A DNA stretch of 61,994 nucleotides from Eubacteriales bacterium (GTDB lineage Bacteria > Bacillota > Clostridia > Oscillospirales > CAG-382): assembly GCA_045604285.1 (NCBI GenBank), contig JAZUNS010000122.1:1-61994 (forward strand). The letters are read 5' to 3'. The notes below the pieces were generated by a model. The model had not been told where the DNA came from and made no database searches. It saw only the letters and a list, made by a program, of their open reading frames with translations. Both the position numbers and the translations under genes were made by a program. Below, in pieces: positions 1 to 10,507 of this stretch. The first letter of the stretch is position 1; every line of letters begins with the position of its first letter.

Positions 1-38
1 ATATAATTATTAGGAAATTTGTGATTGGAGTATACTAT

Positions 39-956
39 ATGCCAATAAAAATACCAAATTCTTTACCTGCCACAGAAACTCTTGAGAAAGAAAACATATT
101 TACAATAGAGCACTTCAGAGCTGAAAAACAGGACATACGCCCTTTAAAGATTGCTATTTTAAATTTAATGCCTACTAAAATTGTAACCGAGACACAATTG
201 TTAAGATTGCTTTCGAACACACCTCTGCAGATAGATGTAACTTTGCTTACAACCTCCAGCTATGCTTCGAAAAACACCCCTGCCGAACATTTAAAAACTT
301 TTTATACTACGTTTGATAAAATCAAGGACAACAAATTCGACGGTTTCATTATCACCGGCGCACCTCTTGAATCTATGGAGTTTGAAGCCGTAAGTTATTG
401 GGAAGAGCTTTGTGAAATAATGGAATGGACCAAACACAACGTATACTCAACCCTTTTTATTTGCTGGGGCGCTTTTGCAGGCTTGCACTATAAATACGGT
501 ATTGATAAACACATTTTAAGCAGTAAAGTTTCCGGTGTATACATTCACGACACCTTGCTCCCCTCTCATCCTTTGTTAAGAGGGTTTGACGAAAAATTTT
601 ATGCCCCACATTCAAGATATTCGGGCATTTACAGTGAAGAAATTGAAAACTGCAATCAGTTACTTCTACTGGCTAAATCTAATGAAGTAGGTCCCTATTT
701 AGCTATTTCAAAAGACGGTCGAAACGTTTTTGTTTTTGGGCACGGCGAATACGATGCCGATACCCTAAAGCTTGAATACATAAGAGATTGTGACAGAGGC
801 TTAAATCCCGATATACCTAAAAACTATTTCGAAAACGATAATCCTGGCTCAACGCCGATTAATAGATGGCGCGCACATTCGCATTTATTGTTTTCTAATT
901 GGTTAAACTATTTTGTATATCAAAATACTCCCTATAATTTGGAGGAAATCCTTTAA
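39..956 (+). CDS. metA: Homoserine O-acyltransferase (MetA family)
   Basis: The translation is collinear with MetA (MPIKIP.., IRPLKIAILNLMP, FDGFIITGAP, active-site FICWG, APHSRYS, NWLNYFVYQ). I moved the start from GTG 21 to ATG 39, which has GGAG 8 nt upstream. Confidence 0.93.
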   Translation: MPIKIPNSLPATETLEKENIFTIEHFRAEKQDIRPLKIAILNLMPTKIVTETQLLRLLSNTPLQIDVTLLTTSSYASKNTPAEHLKTFYTTFDKIKDNKFDGFIITGAPLESMEFEAVSYWEELCEIMEWTKHNVYSTLFICWGAFAGLHYKYGIDKHILSSKVSGVYIHDTLLPSHPLLRGFDEKFYAPHSRYSGIYSEEIENCNQLLLLAKSNEVGPYLAISKDGRNVFVFGHGEYDADTLKLEYIRDCDRGLNPDIPKNYFENDNPGSTPINRWRAHSHLLFSNWLNYFVYQNTPYNLEEIL

Positions 957-1864
957 TGGAACACATAAAAGAGAAAATCAACAGATTAAAGAAAGAAAAA
1001 AACGCTATTATATTGGCTCATTACTATCAACCGTTGGAAATACAATTAATTGCAGATATCGTCGGAGATTCTCTTGAGCTTGCAAGAAAAAGCAAAAGTA
1101 CGGATGCAGACGTGCTTGTTTTTTGCGGGGTAAGCTTTATGGGGGAAAGCGCTGCACTTTTATGTCCGGATAAGCGTGTTTTATTACCCGCTCCTAACGC
1201 AGGTTGCTACATGGCCGATACCATCACGCCGGATGATGTAAACAATTTAAAGATTCAACACCCCAACAGCACGGTTATCTGCTATATAAACTCAACTGCT
1301 GCAACAAAAGCAGTATGCGATATTTGCTGTACTTCTTCCAATGCTCTTAAGGTTGCTGCCTCAGTACAAACAAAAGATATAATTTTTGTTCCTGACAAAA
1401 ACTTAGGCAGATACGTTGCCGAAAAAGTAAAAGATAAAGAGTTTCACTTTCACGAAAACGGCTGTTGCCCTATACACGATAAACTTAGTCTTGAAGCTTT
1501 GAAAAAATGCAAACGACTCTATCCAAACGCCAAGATACTTGTTCACCCCGAATGCTCAAAACCTATATGCGACAGCGCTGACTTCATAGGAAGCACGTCA
1601 CAGATAATTGATTTTTGTAGAGATAATACAGCAACAGAATTTATTATTTGTACCGAGATAGGCGTTACAGAGCGAATGCAAGCGATGATGCCTGATAAAA
1701 GCTTTTATATACCTGACGCTAAACAATTATATTGTGACAGCATGAAAGCCATAACCCTTGAAATGGTTGCCAACACTTTGGAGACAATGAGCGGTGAAGT
1801 AAAGATTGACGAAGCTTTGAGGGATGCCGCCCTACTTCCCATAGAAAGGATGCTTAAGCTATGA
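956..1864 (+). CDS. nadA: Quinolinate synthase
   Basis: NadA-like translation (AIILAHYYQ, conserved Cys residues). The ATG overlaps the metA stop (TAATG). Confidence 0.93.
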   Translation: MEHIKEKINRLKKEKNAIILAHYYQPLEIQLIADIVGDSLELARKSKSTDADVLVFCGVSFMGESAALLCPDKRVLLPAPNAGCYMADTITPDDVNNLKIQHPNSTVICYINSTAATKAVCDICCTSSNALKVAASVQTKDIIFVPDKNLGRYVAEKVKDKEFHFHENGCCPIHDKLSLEALKKCKRLYPNAKILVHPECSKPICDSADFIGSTSQIIDFCRDNTATEFIICTEIGVTERMQAMMPDKSFYIPDAKQLYCDSMKAITLEMVANTLETMSGEVKIDEALRDAALLPIERMLKL

Positions 1865-3402
1865 GGAATTACGTTTATAATGAAGCTGCAAAAGATAGCG
1901 ACATATATAATTTCGACGCGATAATTGTTGGAAGCGGAATTGCGGGATTATATTGCGCATTGCACTTAAACACAGAAATGCAGGTTGCAGTTATCACAAA
2001 GGCTAATATAAGCGAAAGCAACTCTTACCTTGCACAAGGCGGTATTGCTGCAGTTATAAGCAAAGAAGATCAATTTATCGGACATATTCAGGACACTTTA
2101 GTGGCCGGTGCAGGTTTATGTGATGAAAACGCCGTTAAGGTTTTGGTTGAGGAAGGTCCCGAAAATATTCGTGAGCTTATAGAGATGCAAATTCCCTTTG
2201 ACGTTAATTCCGAAGGCGACCTGCTTATAACCAAAGAAGGCGGACACCACATGCGCAGAATTGTCCACTGCGGCGGCGATGCTACCGGCAAAGAAACCAC
2301 CAAGCAATTAGGACGTCTTGCCTCTACGAAAGAAAATTTGCACTTCTTTATGGAGAGCTATCTTGTAGATATACTTACAGACGATAGAGGCGTATGTGGC
2401 ATTATCGTTGTGGTTGGGCAAGAATATCGCATACTTAAAACCAGAAATTTGGTTATCGCTACCGGCGGTATAGGCCAACTTTACAGATACACAACAAACC
2501 CTGTCGGTGCGGTTGGTGACGGAATTGCAGCAGCAGCAAGAATCGGAGCAGAACTTTCCAATATGGAAATGGTGCAATTTCATCCCACAACGCTTATACC
2601 TAACGATAACCCTGAAAGGCTGTTTTTGATTTCCGAAGCTGTACGTGGCGAAGGTGCTATACTGCGTAATTACCGTGGTGAAGCATTTATGAAAGGCAAG
2701 CACCCCCTTGCTGACCTCGCACCGAGAGACATTGTCACAAGAGAAATTATTAAGGAGCTGAAGCTTAACGGCGGCGACAGAGTTTTCCTTGATACGTCAT
2801 CTATGTCTACAGAATTTTTCTCCAATCGCTTCCCTACCATATACAGACAATGTACAGAACAAGGTATTAAGCTTACATCAGAATCCATCCCCGTAAGGCC
2901 TGCACAGCATTATTTTATGGGCGGTGTAAAAACAGACATCGACGGCAGAACAAATATTGAAGGGCTGTTTTGCTGCGGTGAGTGCGCAGAGAGCGGAATA
3001 CATGGCGGGAATCGTTTAGCCTCGAATTCCGTTTTGGAATGCTTGGTTTTCGGCAGAAGATCCGCAAATTATATCAACGACAATTTCAGTCCTTGTGACA
3101 CCAAAAAGCCGATTCTTCACGAAAAAAGCTACGGCAGCGTTGTTCATACCAATGAGTTTTTCAGCCAAATAGAAAAAATCATTAAAGAAACAATGACCAA
3201 TTACGCAGGGCCGGAAAGAGGCTTTAAGGGTATGCTTTCAGGGTTATCGATACTATACGATCTACGCGAACAGCTTGATAACACTTATCTTTCTACCCCT
3301 TTCCATTACAGAATAGACAATATGCTTCAAAATGCTGTTTCAATTTTAGAGTCGGCTTATAACAGAAAAGACAGCGTTGGTGCCCACTATATCATTGATT
3401 AG
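1861..3402 (+). CDS. nadB: L-aspartate oxidase
   Basis: It has an FAD dinucleotide fold (IIVGSGIAGL) and a fumarate-reductase/succinate-DH flavoprotein-like body (RIVHCGGDATG, HYFMGG). The start overlaps nadA (ATGA). Confidence 0.93.
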   Translation: MRNYVYNEAAKDSDIYNFDAIIVGSGIAGLYCALHLNTEMQVAVITKANISESNSYLAQGGIAAVISKEDQFIGHIQDTLVAGAGLCDENAVKVLVEEGPENIRELIEMQIPFDVNSEGDLLITKEGGHHMRRIVHCGGDATGKETTKQLGRLASTKENLHFFMESYLVDILTDDRGVCGIIVVVGQEYRILKTRNLVIATGGIGQLYRYTTNPVGAVGDGIAAAARIGAELSNMEMVQFHPTTLIPNDNPERLFLISEAVRGEGAILRNYRGEAFMKGKHPLADLAPRDIVTREIIKELKLNGGDRVFLDTSSMSTEFFSNRFPTIYRQCTEQGIKLTSESIPVRPAQHYFMGGVKTDIDGRTNIEGLFCCGECAESGIHGGNRLASNSVLECLVFGRRSANYINDNFSPCDTKKPILHEKSYGSVVHTNEFFSQIEKIIKETMTNYAGPERGFKGMLSGLSILYDLREQLDNTYLSTPFHYRIDNMLQNAVSILESAYNRKDSVGAHYIID

Positions 3403-3411
3403 GAGAACAAT

Positions 3412-4239
3412 ATGGAATTTGATAAGATTATATTAACATCATTTGAAGAAGATATGCCAAACGGTGATATAACCACCGTTGCCACGATATCAAAAGACGC
3501 TATTGCCGAGGGCTGCTTTAAAGCAAAAGCAAACGGGGTAATTTGCGGTATTGAAATTGCAAGAAGAAGTTTTGAGCTTTGCGGAGGCGACGTAGAGTAT
3601 ACTCCTCTGGTAAAGGATGGAGACGTAATTAGCAGCGGTGACGTGATTGCTACAGTAAAAGGCAATGCAAGAACCATTCTTATGGCAGAAAGAACTGCAC
3701 TTAACCTAATGCAGCGTGCAAGCGGCATTGCTACAGTAACAAGACAAGCCGTTGAAAGCATAGCGGAGTTTGAAACACGTATTACTGACACAAGAAAAAC
3801 CATGCCCGGACTTAGAATTCTTGATAAATACGCTGTTCGCATTGGCGGCGCGGTTAACCATCGTTTTGGATTGTCAGACGGCATATTGATAAAGGACAAT
3901 CACATAGCGGCTGCGGGCGGAATTACCGAAGCCGTAGCAAAAGCTAAAGCCTACGCCCCCCACACCTTAAAAATAGAAGTGGAGACCGAAAGTATGGAGC
4001 AGGTTGTGGAAGCACTTAATGCAGGCGCCGATATAATTATGCTTGACAACATGAATTGCGAACAAATGAAATCCGCTGTTGAATATATAAACGGTCGTGC
4101 TGTTACCGAAGCAAGCGGTAATATGGGTGAGCGCAACCTTAAAGAAGTTGCTGCCACAGGCGTAGATTTGATCTCTATAGGTGCATTAACACACTCCGTT
4201 AAAGCTTTGGATATCAGCTTAAAGTTTAGAATTATTTAG
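3412..4239 (+). CDS. nadC: Nicotinate-nucleotide (quinolinate) pyrophosphorylase
   Basis: NadC-like translation (DTRKTxPGLR, IKDNHI, MLDNM). AGGAG lies upstream of the ATG. The gene completes the nadABC set. Confidence 0.93.
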   Translation: MEFDKIILTSFEEDMPNGDITTVATISKDAIAEGCFKAKANGVICGIEIARRSFELCGGDVEYTPLVKDGDVISSGDVIATVKGNARTILMAERTALNLMQRASGIATVTRQAVESIAEFETRITDTRKTMPGLRILDKYAVRIGGAVNHRFGLSDGILIKDNHIAAAGGITEAVAKAKAYAPHTLKIEVETESMEQVVEALNAGADIIMLDNMNCEQMKSAVEYINGRAVTEASGNMGERNLKEVAATGVDLISIGALTHSVKALDISLKFRII

Positions 4240-4255
4240 TATTTGGAGGACTCAG

Positions 4256-5251
4256 ATGACCGAAAAGGACATGAACGAGTTAAACTTGGATTTTTTGCTT
4301 AAGCTATTTGGTACACTCGACGCAAACGTTGATATACTTGAAAACGCCTTTGACGTTAAACTTCATAACAGAGGTGACAGCATAAAAATCACCGGCGAAG
4401 AAAGCGCTGTAACCATGGCGGAAAAAGCTATTTTGCAACTGGAAAAGCTTTCGGCTTTCAGCGAAACAATTGATGAAAACAGCCTAAACTATGTAATTTC
4501 AATGGTTCAGGATCAGCGTGAAGATGAGCTTTCTACGATTTACAGCGGTTGTATTTGCCTTACTAACAAAGGCAAGCCAATAAAAGCTAAAACCGTTGGA
4601 CAACAACGTTACGTTGATGCCATAAAATCCAACACAATAGTTTTCGGTGTTGGACCTGCAGGTACAGGCAAAACTTTTTTGGCAGTTGCAATGGCGGTAT
4701 CAGCGTTAAAAGCCAAAGAAATTTCAAGAATAATTCTAACTCGTCCTGCGGTTGAGGCAGGTGAAAAATTAGGCTTTTTACCGGGCGACCTTCAAAGCAA
4801 AATCGACCCTTATTTAAGGCCTTTATATGACGCTTTAGGCGAAATGCTTGGCGGCGAGAGTTTTTCTCGTTTTTTAGAAAAAGGCATTATCGAAATTGCT
4901 CCCTTGGCGTATATGCGCGGAAGAACCCTTGACGATGCTTTTATAATTCTTGACGAAGCGCAAAATACCACGCCGGAGCAAATGAAAATGTTTTTAACCA
5001 GGCTTGGCAACAATTCAAAAGCTATTGTAACAGGCGACGTGACACAAATCGACCTACCGTTTATAAAAAAGAGCGGTCTGGTTGAGGCTATTGAAATTCT
5101 TAATGATATTCAAGGCATAGCTATTTTTAAGTTTTCGCACAAAGACGTCGTACGCCATCCATTAGTACAAAAAATCATCTTGGCATACGAAAAGCACGGA
5201 ATTAAGCACAGCGATCACAGCGACGAGTGCCGTGTTTATAAACGCAGGTGA
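4256..5251 (+). CDS. phoH: PhoH-like ATPase
   Basis: Walker A motif GPAGTGKT, plus ILTRPAVEAGEKLGFLPGD and FIILDEAQN. It sits in the conserved position upstream of ybeY-era. Confidence 0.92.
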   Translation: MTEKDMNELNLDFLLKLFGTLDANVDILENAFDVKLHNRGDSIKITGEESAVTMAEKAILQLEKLSAFSETIDENSLNYVISMVQDQREDELSTIYSGCICLTNKGKPIKAKTVGQQRYVDAIKSNTIVFGVGPAGTGKTFLAVAMAVSALKAKEISRIILTRPAVEAGEKLGFLPGDLQSKIDPYLRPLYDALGEMLGGESFSRFLEKGIIEIAPLAYMRGRTLDDAFIILDEAQNTTPEQMKMFLTRLGNNSKAIVTGDVTQIDLPFIKKSGLVEAIEILNDIQGIAIFKFSHKDVVRHPLVQKIILAYEKHGIKHSDHSDECRVYKRR

Positions 5252-5255
5252 ATCT

Positions 5256-5708
5256 ATGATTAAAGTATTATTCAATAATAGGACAAACTGTGCCTTTGAC
5301 AGAAAAACGTTAAACGCAATGAAGAAACTGATTGTGTTTACCTTACAGTCAGAGCTTGACGACATTGAAGGCGAAGTATCATTAACTGTTTGCAATAACA
5401 AATATATCCACGAATTAAACAAAGAGTTTAGGGGCGTAGATGCCCCCACCGACGTTTTATCCTTCCCTACCCTTGATTTTGAAGAGGATGATTCTTACGT
5501 TTCCTTTGGTGATATTGTTATATCTGTAGAACGTGCAAGGGAACAAGCGGAAGAGTTTGGGCATAGCGAGATGCGTGAGTTTTGCTTTTTATGCGTACAT
5601 TCTGCACTTCATCTTTTGGGTTATGACCATGTAGATGACGAAGAAGGCAGACTTTATATGGAAAAACGCCAGGACGAAATACTAAACGAATATGGCATTA
5701 CAAGATAA
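5256..5708 (+). CDS. ybeY: rRNA maturation endoribonuclease YbeY
   Basis: Zinc motif HSALHLLGYDH. ATG 5256 (AGGTGA upstream) is preferred over GTG 5232, which lies inside phoH. Confidence 0.92.
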   Translation: MIKVLFNNRTNCAFDRKTLNAMKKLIVFTLQSELDDIEGEVSLTVCNNKYIHELNKEFRGVDAPTDVLSFPTLDFEEDDSYVSFGDIVISVERAREQAEEFGHSEMREFCFLCVHSALHLLGYDHVDDEEGRLYMEKRQDEILNEYGITR

Positions 5709-5723
5709 TCGGGAGAAAAAATT

Positions 5724-6614
5724 ATGTCAACTAAAACCGCTTTTATTATAATTACCGGAAAACCTAACGTAGGCAAATCGACTTTAATCAATGCGTTGAT
5801 TGGCGAAAAAATAGCAATCGTGTCAAAACGCCCCCAAACCACAAGAAACAGAATCACAGGTGTAGTAACCAAGGGCGAGGATCAATACGTTTTTATAGAT
5901 ACCCCCGGCCTGCATAAACCCAGAAACTTGCTGGGTGAATATATGATGCGTGCCGCAGGCAATGCATCAGAGGATGCAGATATAGTCTTGTTTGTTGTTG
6001 ACGTTACTACCAAGCTTACCGCTGCAGAGCGTGACGCATTAAGAAAAAATTGTGACAGCAACGCAAAAGTTATCTTGGTAATAAATAAAGTCGATGCAAT
6101 TAACAAAGGCGTTTTAGCTGAATATATTTCTAAAATCAGTGAAGAGTTTGAATTCCATGCCGTTATTCCTCTCTCTGCACTTGAAAACGATGGTGTAGAC
6201 ATAATTTTTGACGAGCTTAAACCATTGCTTATTGAATCGCCCCATTTTTTCCCTGACGATATGTTGACCGATATGCCGGAAAGACAGCTTTTAGCGGAGC
6301 TGATCAGAGAAAAAATACTTCGTCTTACCGAAGATGAAGTACCTCACGGCGTTGCAGTTGTGATAGAAGAATACAAAGAAGAAAAAGACATTATAAAAGT
6401 AAGAGCGGAAATTTATTGTGAAAAAGAAGCACATAAGTCGATACTTATCGGCAAAAACGGTGCAATGCTTAAAAAAATTGGTTCATACGCCAGACAAGAT
6501 GCTGAAAAAATGTTTGGTATACATATGCACCTTGATTTATGGGTTAAGGTTAAAGAAAACTGGCGTGACCGAAGAACCTTGCTGGCTGATTTTGGATATA
6601 ACAACGAGGAATAA
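5724..6614 (+). CDS. era: GTPase Era
   Basis: G1 GKPNVGKST, G3 DTPG, NKVD, and a C-terminal KH domain (ILIGKNGAMLKKIG). Confidence 0.95.
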   Translation: MSTKTAFIIITGKPNVGKSTLINALIGEKIAIVSKRPQTTRNRITGVVTKGEDQYVFIDTPGLHKPRNLLGEYMMRAAGNASEDADIVLFVVDVTTKLTAAERDALRKNCDSNAKVILVINKVDAINKGVLAEYISKISEEFEFHAVIPLSALENDGVDIIFDELKPLLIESPHFFPDDMLTDMPERQLLAELIREKILRLTEDEVPHGVAVVIEEYKEEKDIIKVRAEIYCEKEAHKSILIGKNGAMLKKIGSYARQDAEKMFGIHMHLDLWVKVKENWRDRRTLLADFGYNNEE

Positions 6615-6617
6615 TTT

Positions 6618-7421
6618 ATGTATATCAAATGTCGAGGTCTTGTTATCAAGCAGGCAGATTCGGGAGAAAAAGGTAAATTATTAACAATCCTTACAGAAAA
6701 CAAGGGCGTAATATATGCAAAGGCCGCAGGCGGCAAGAATATTAGTGCCGGATATTTTAGATGTTGTCAATTATTTACTTATTCTGAGTTCCATTTTTAC
6801 AGTGGATATACACCCGGCTCGCTTACAATACTCGACGCAGTATATCACAGAAGCTTTTTTGATCTTTCAAAAAATATAGAAAACTTTGCTTTAGCCTCAT
6901 ATTGTGCGGAACTTTGCAAAATTTCAATGATTGGAAATTCAGAAGACGCTGAAGTTTTACGATTGTTATTGAACACTTTTCACACGATCGAACAAGATAG
7001 TTACTTACATGACCACATAAAAGCAGTTTTTGAAATACGGTTGGGAGCATTGCTTGGACTTGCTCCATATATTGAAGAGTGCGATTGTTGCGGTATCGCC
7101 TTACCAAACGAAGACGTCGCTACTTACTTTGATGTAGATACGAGTTGTGTAAGGTGTAAAAATTGCACTATGCTTGCAAAAAGCAGAGGGCCGGTCATTC
7201 ATATGCCCGCAGCTGTATATCGTTCTGTACTGCACGTTTTAAACGCAGACAAGCATGATATATTCAAATTTAAAACCGATGGCTCAACACTGGAAATTTT
7301 TTCTCTAATAAGCGAAAAATACTTGTTGCGATGCTTAGAATACGAGCCTAAATCGCTGCCGCTATATAAATCCTTTAAAAGCATTCCTTTGGAGGAAGAC
7401 AAAAACGATGATTCAGTTTGA
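6618..7421 (+). CDS. recO: DNA repair protein RecO
   Basis: Conserved position after era. It has an OB-fold N-terminus and a Cys4 zinc motif (CDCCG ... CVRCKNC). Confidence 0.88.
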   Translation: MYIKCRGLVIKQADSGEKGKLLTILTENKGVIYAKAAGGKNISAGYFRCCQLFTYSEFHFYSGYTPGSLTILDAVYHRSFFDLSKNIENFALASYCAELCKISMIGNSEDAEVLRLLLNTFHTIEQDSYLHDHIKAVFEIRLGALLGLAPYIEECDCCGIALPNEDVATYFDVDTSCVRCKNCTMLAKSRGPVIHMPAAVYRSVLHVLNADKHDIFKFKTDGSTLEIFSLISEKYLLRCLEYEPKSLPLYKSFKSIPLEEDKNDDSV

Positions 7422-9792
7422 AAAAGCAGTATTTACCCTTGAATTTGATAAAATAAGACAAAAGCTTAGTTCACTTGCAAAAACAGAAGCAGCCAAGAAA
7501 AAGCTGCTTGAAATCATGCCGTCTTCCGACCCTATTATTGTTGGCAGGCTTACCGAAGAAACTTCAAAGGCTAAGGAACTAACCGTGGTTAAGGGAGCGC
7601 CTCCCTTCGGAAGCTCTAAGGATATTTCGGGACTGTTGGATAGAGCGTCACGCGGCGGCATGCTTTCTGCATCGGAGTTGTTATCCGTAGCCTATGTTTT
7701 GCGCACTGTTTCCAGCTTGTTGAAATACAAAGGCGGAGACGCAGGGTGTCTTAATAGCTATTTTGATTTATTGCAAGAGAATAATTTTCTTGAGAAACAA
7801 ATATCGTCTGCAATAATCGGAGAGGATATGATAGCCGATGATGCAAGCGATGCACTATTTAAAATAAGACGCGAAGCAAGAAAAACTGAAAACTCTATAC
7901 GAGACATTTTAGCCGGTTATACCAGTGGCCATAAATCAAAATTCCTCCAGGAGAATATCGTTACCATACGAGGCGGCAGGTACGTTGTCCCCGTCAAAGC
8001 CGAATACAAAAACGAAGTAAAAGGTCTTTTGCACGACACATCCGCTTCGGGCGCTACCTTATTTATCGAACCTTTGGCTGTCCTCGAAGCTAACAACAGA
8101 CTTAGAGAATTAAAGTCTGCGGAAGAAGAGGAAATAATTAGGATACTTACAACACTTACCGACGATGTTGCCAGATTTTTACCACAGCTTACTTTAAACT
8201 GCAGAGTAATAACTGACTTAGCCTGCATTTTTGCCCGTGGCGAATATTCCTACGAAATTGACGGTTGTGCTGCATTAATCCCAAAACAGAATAATAATAT
8301 AAAACTTATAAAGGCGCGCCATCCGTTGATAGCACCAGATAAAGTTGTACCAATCAGTTTAGAGTACGGAAAAACACAGAAATCACTGATTATCACCGGT
8401 CCCAATACCGGCGGTAAAACCGTAACTTTAAAAACTATCGGCTTATTAGCTATGATGGCGCAATGCGGGTTGCATATTCCTTGTCTGTACGGGTCAGAAC
8501 TTCCAGTATTCTCTAATATACTCGCAGACATCGGTGACGAACAAAGCATAGAGCAATCTTTGTCGACATTCTCGGCACACATGGTTAACATTTCATCCAT
8601 ATTAAATGAATTTGATGATAATAGTTTGGTTCTGTTTGACGAGCTTGGAGCAGGAACCGATCCGGTTGAGGGGGCAGCTCTTGCTGTTGCTATTTTGGAC
8701 GCTGTAAAAAACGCCGGTGCATTAACTGCAGCTACCACACATTATGCCGAGCTTAAGCTTTATGCTTTGGAAAATGATGATGTTTTAAACGCGTCCTGCG
8801 AGTTTGACGTTGAAACACTTAAGCCAACCTACAGACTGATTATTGGGCTTCCTGGTAAATCAAACGCTTTTTCTATTTCTGCCCGTCTTGGCATATCTGC
8901 AGAAATCATTGAAAAAGCCGCTGCCATTATGAAAGAAGATAATAAGAAGTTTGAGGACATATTAACAAAGCTGGAGGCTACGGAAAGCATTCTTGAGAAA
9001 GAACGGGCTGTTTTAGCAGCCGAAAAACAAGCAGCCGAGAAGATGATTGCCGACGCAGAGCAAAAGGCTAAAGAGCTTGAGGAACGTAGCGAACGAGAGA
9101 TTTCACGTGCCAGAGAGCAAGCAAACGCTATACTAGCCAGTGCTAAATCTTCAAGTGAATTTATTTTCGACGAACTTAGAAAACTTCAAAAAGAAAAAGA
9201 CAAAGCTGACGCTAAGGAAAGACTTGAAAAATCCCGTGCCGACATTAGGAGTGCCTTAAAAATCGGCGGTGAAAGCATATACGCAGAAATTGAAACGGAA
9301 ACGAGCCCCGAAGAAGAGTACGTTCTTCCCCGTCCATTGGAAAAAGGGGATTCTGTTTTAATCGCTGATATTAACAAAAAAGGAATAGTTGTATCGATTG
9401 AAGGCAAAAAAGCTATTGTTCAAGCCGGTGTAATTAAAACAAAAACCCCTATTACAAATTTAAGGCTGCTTGCTGAGCAAGTAGTAATACCCGAAGGGTA
9501 TGAAAAATCTGCAAAGCCCACACCTCTTAGAGAATCTGTAAAAAATGAAATAGACTTAAGAGGTGAAACCGGCGATGACGCATGGTTCATGGTTGACAGA
9601 TACCTTGACAGTGCTGTAACGGCGGGTTATTCAACAGTAACACTTATACACGGAAAAGGTACCGGTGCGCTTAGAGCTGCACTTTGGCGTTACATGAAAG
9701 GAGACAAACGCATAAAATCATTCCGTAGCGGCAGATATGGTGAAGGCGATACCGGTGTAACAATTGTTGAACTTACGGGTAAACACAAATGA
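7408..9792 (+). CDS. mutS2: Endonuclease MutS2
   Basis: 794 aa with MutS ATPase motifs (GPNTGGKT, DELGAGTDP), a coiled-coil linker and a C-terminal Smr domain (IDLRGE.., LIHGKGTGALR). Confidence 0.95.
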   Translation: MIQFEKAVFTLEFDKIRQKLSSLAKTEAAKKKLLEIMPSSDPIIVGRLTEETSKAKELTVVKGAPPFGSSKDISGLLDRASRGGMLSASELLSVAYVLRTVSSLLKYKGGDAGCLNSYFDLLQENNFLEKQISSAIIGEDMIADDASDALFKIRREARKTENSIRDILAGYTSGHKSKFLQENIVTIRGGRYVVPVKAEYKNEVKGLLHDTSASGATLFIEPLAVLEANNRLRELKSAEEEEIIRILTTLTDDVARFLPQLTLNCRVITDLACIFARGEYSYEIDGCAALIPKQNNNIKLIKARHPLIAPDKVVPISLEYGKTQKSLIITGPNTGGKTVTLKTIGLLAMMAQCGLHIPCLYGSELPVFSNILADIGDEQSIEQSLSTFSAHMVNISSILNEFDDNSLVLFDELGAGTDPVEGAALAVAILDAVKNAGALTAATTHYAELKLYALENDDVLNASCEFDVETLKPTYRLIIGLPGKSNAFSISARLGISAEIIEKAAAIMKEDNKKFEDILTKLEATESILEKERAVLAAEKQAAEKMIADAEQKAKELEERSEREISRAREQANAILASAKSSSEFIFDELRKLQKEKDKADAKERLEKSRADIRSALKIGGESIYAEIETETSPEEEYVLPRPLEKGDSVLIADINKKGIVVSIEGKKAIVQAGVIKTKTPITNLRLLAEQVVIPEGYEKSAKPTPLRESVKNEIDLRGETGDDAWFMVDRYLDSAVTAGYSTVTLIHGKGTGALRAALWRYMKGDKRIKSFRSGRYGEGDTGVTIVELTGKHK

Positions 9793-10469
9793 CAAACAAA
9801 TATGAAAGACAACTTCCCCTTTTAGGCCAAAACTCGCCGGACGTGCTGGCTAACAAAACTGTAATGGTGTGTGGTCTTGGCGGAGTGGGCGGCTTTATTG
9901 TAGAAGGGCTTGTCAGGGCAGGCGTTGGTAACTTTATCCTTATTGATAACGATGTTTTTGATATAACCAATATCAATAGGCAAATTTTGTGTACAACCGA
10001 AACCGTTGGACTCAGAAAAACTTTGGTTGCTGCCGAGCGTATAAAATCAATTAACCCCTCTGCAAACTGTATTATAGAGGATATATTTTTAAGTAAAACC
10101 AATATAGAGGCTTTACTATTAAAGTATCGGCCTGACTATGTCGCAGATGCCATAGATAATATTTCTGCTAAGGTTATGCTTGCAAAAGTATGTGATCTAA
10201 ACAGTATCCCCATCATTGCTTCCATGGGTACCGGGAATAAGCTTGATCCAACTGCTTTTAAATGCTCTGATATTTATAAGACTTCTGTATGTCCCCTTGC
10301 AAAAGTAATGCGAAAACTTTTAAAAGAAGAAAACGTTTCTTCATTAAAGGTTGTTTACAGCGAAGAGATTCCTAAGTGCAGCGGAAAAGTTGTTAGCTCG
10401 GTATCTTTTGTGCCCTCCGTTGCGGGCATGATAATTGCAGGCGAAATAATTAAAGATTTGACAAAATAG
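9789..10469 (+). CDS. tcdA: tRNA threonylcarbamoyladenosine dehydratase (ThiF/E1-like, TcdA/YgdL type)
   Basis: E1-like Rossmann fold (VCGLGGVGG, LIDNDVFDITNINRQ) and TcdA-like length. The start overlaps the mutS2 stop. Confidence 0.82.
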   Translation: MTNKYERQLPLLGQNSPDVLANKTVMVCGLGGVGGFIVEGLVRAGVGNFILIDNDVFDITNINRQILCTTETVGLRKTLVAAERIKSINPSANCIIEDIFLSKTNIEALLLKYRPDYVADAIDNISAKVMLAKVCDLNSIPIIASMGTGNKLDPTAFKCSDIYKTSVCPLAKVMRKLLKEENVSSLKVVYSEEIPKCSGKVVSSVSFVPSVAGMIIAGEIIKDLTK

Positions 10470-10497
10470 AACGGCTTAAGCTTTTGCTTAAGCCGTT
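10470..10497. terminator. Bidirectional intrinsic terminator between convergent tcdA and the nucleoside ABC operon
   Basis: Perfect hairpin AACGGCTTAAGC-TTTTG-CTTAAGCCGTT, followed by ATCTTTTT on the plus strand and flanked by A/T on the other side. Confidence 0.8.
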
Positions 10498-10507
10498 ATC
10501 TTTTTGG

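Noticed and set aside
6418-6684. 88-aa plus-strand ORF overlapping the era/recO junction
   Set aside because: It lies out of frame inside era and recO, both of which have strong homology-like translations.
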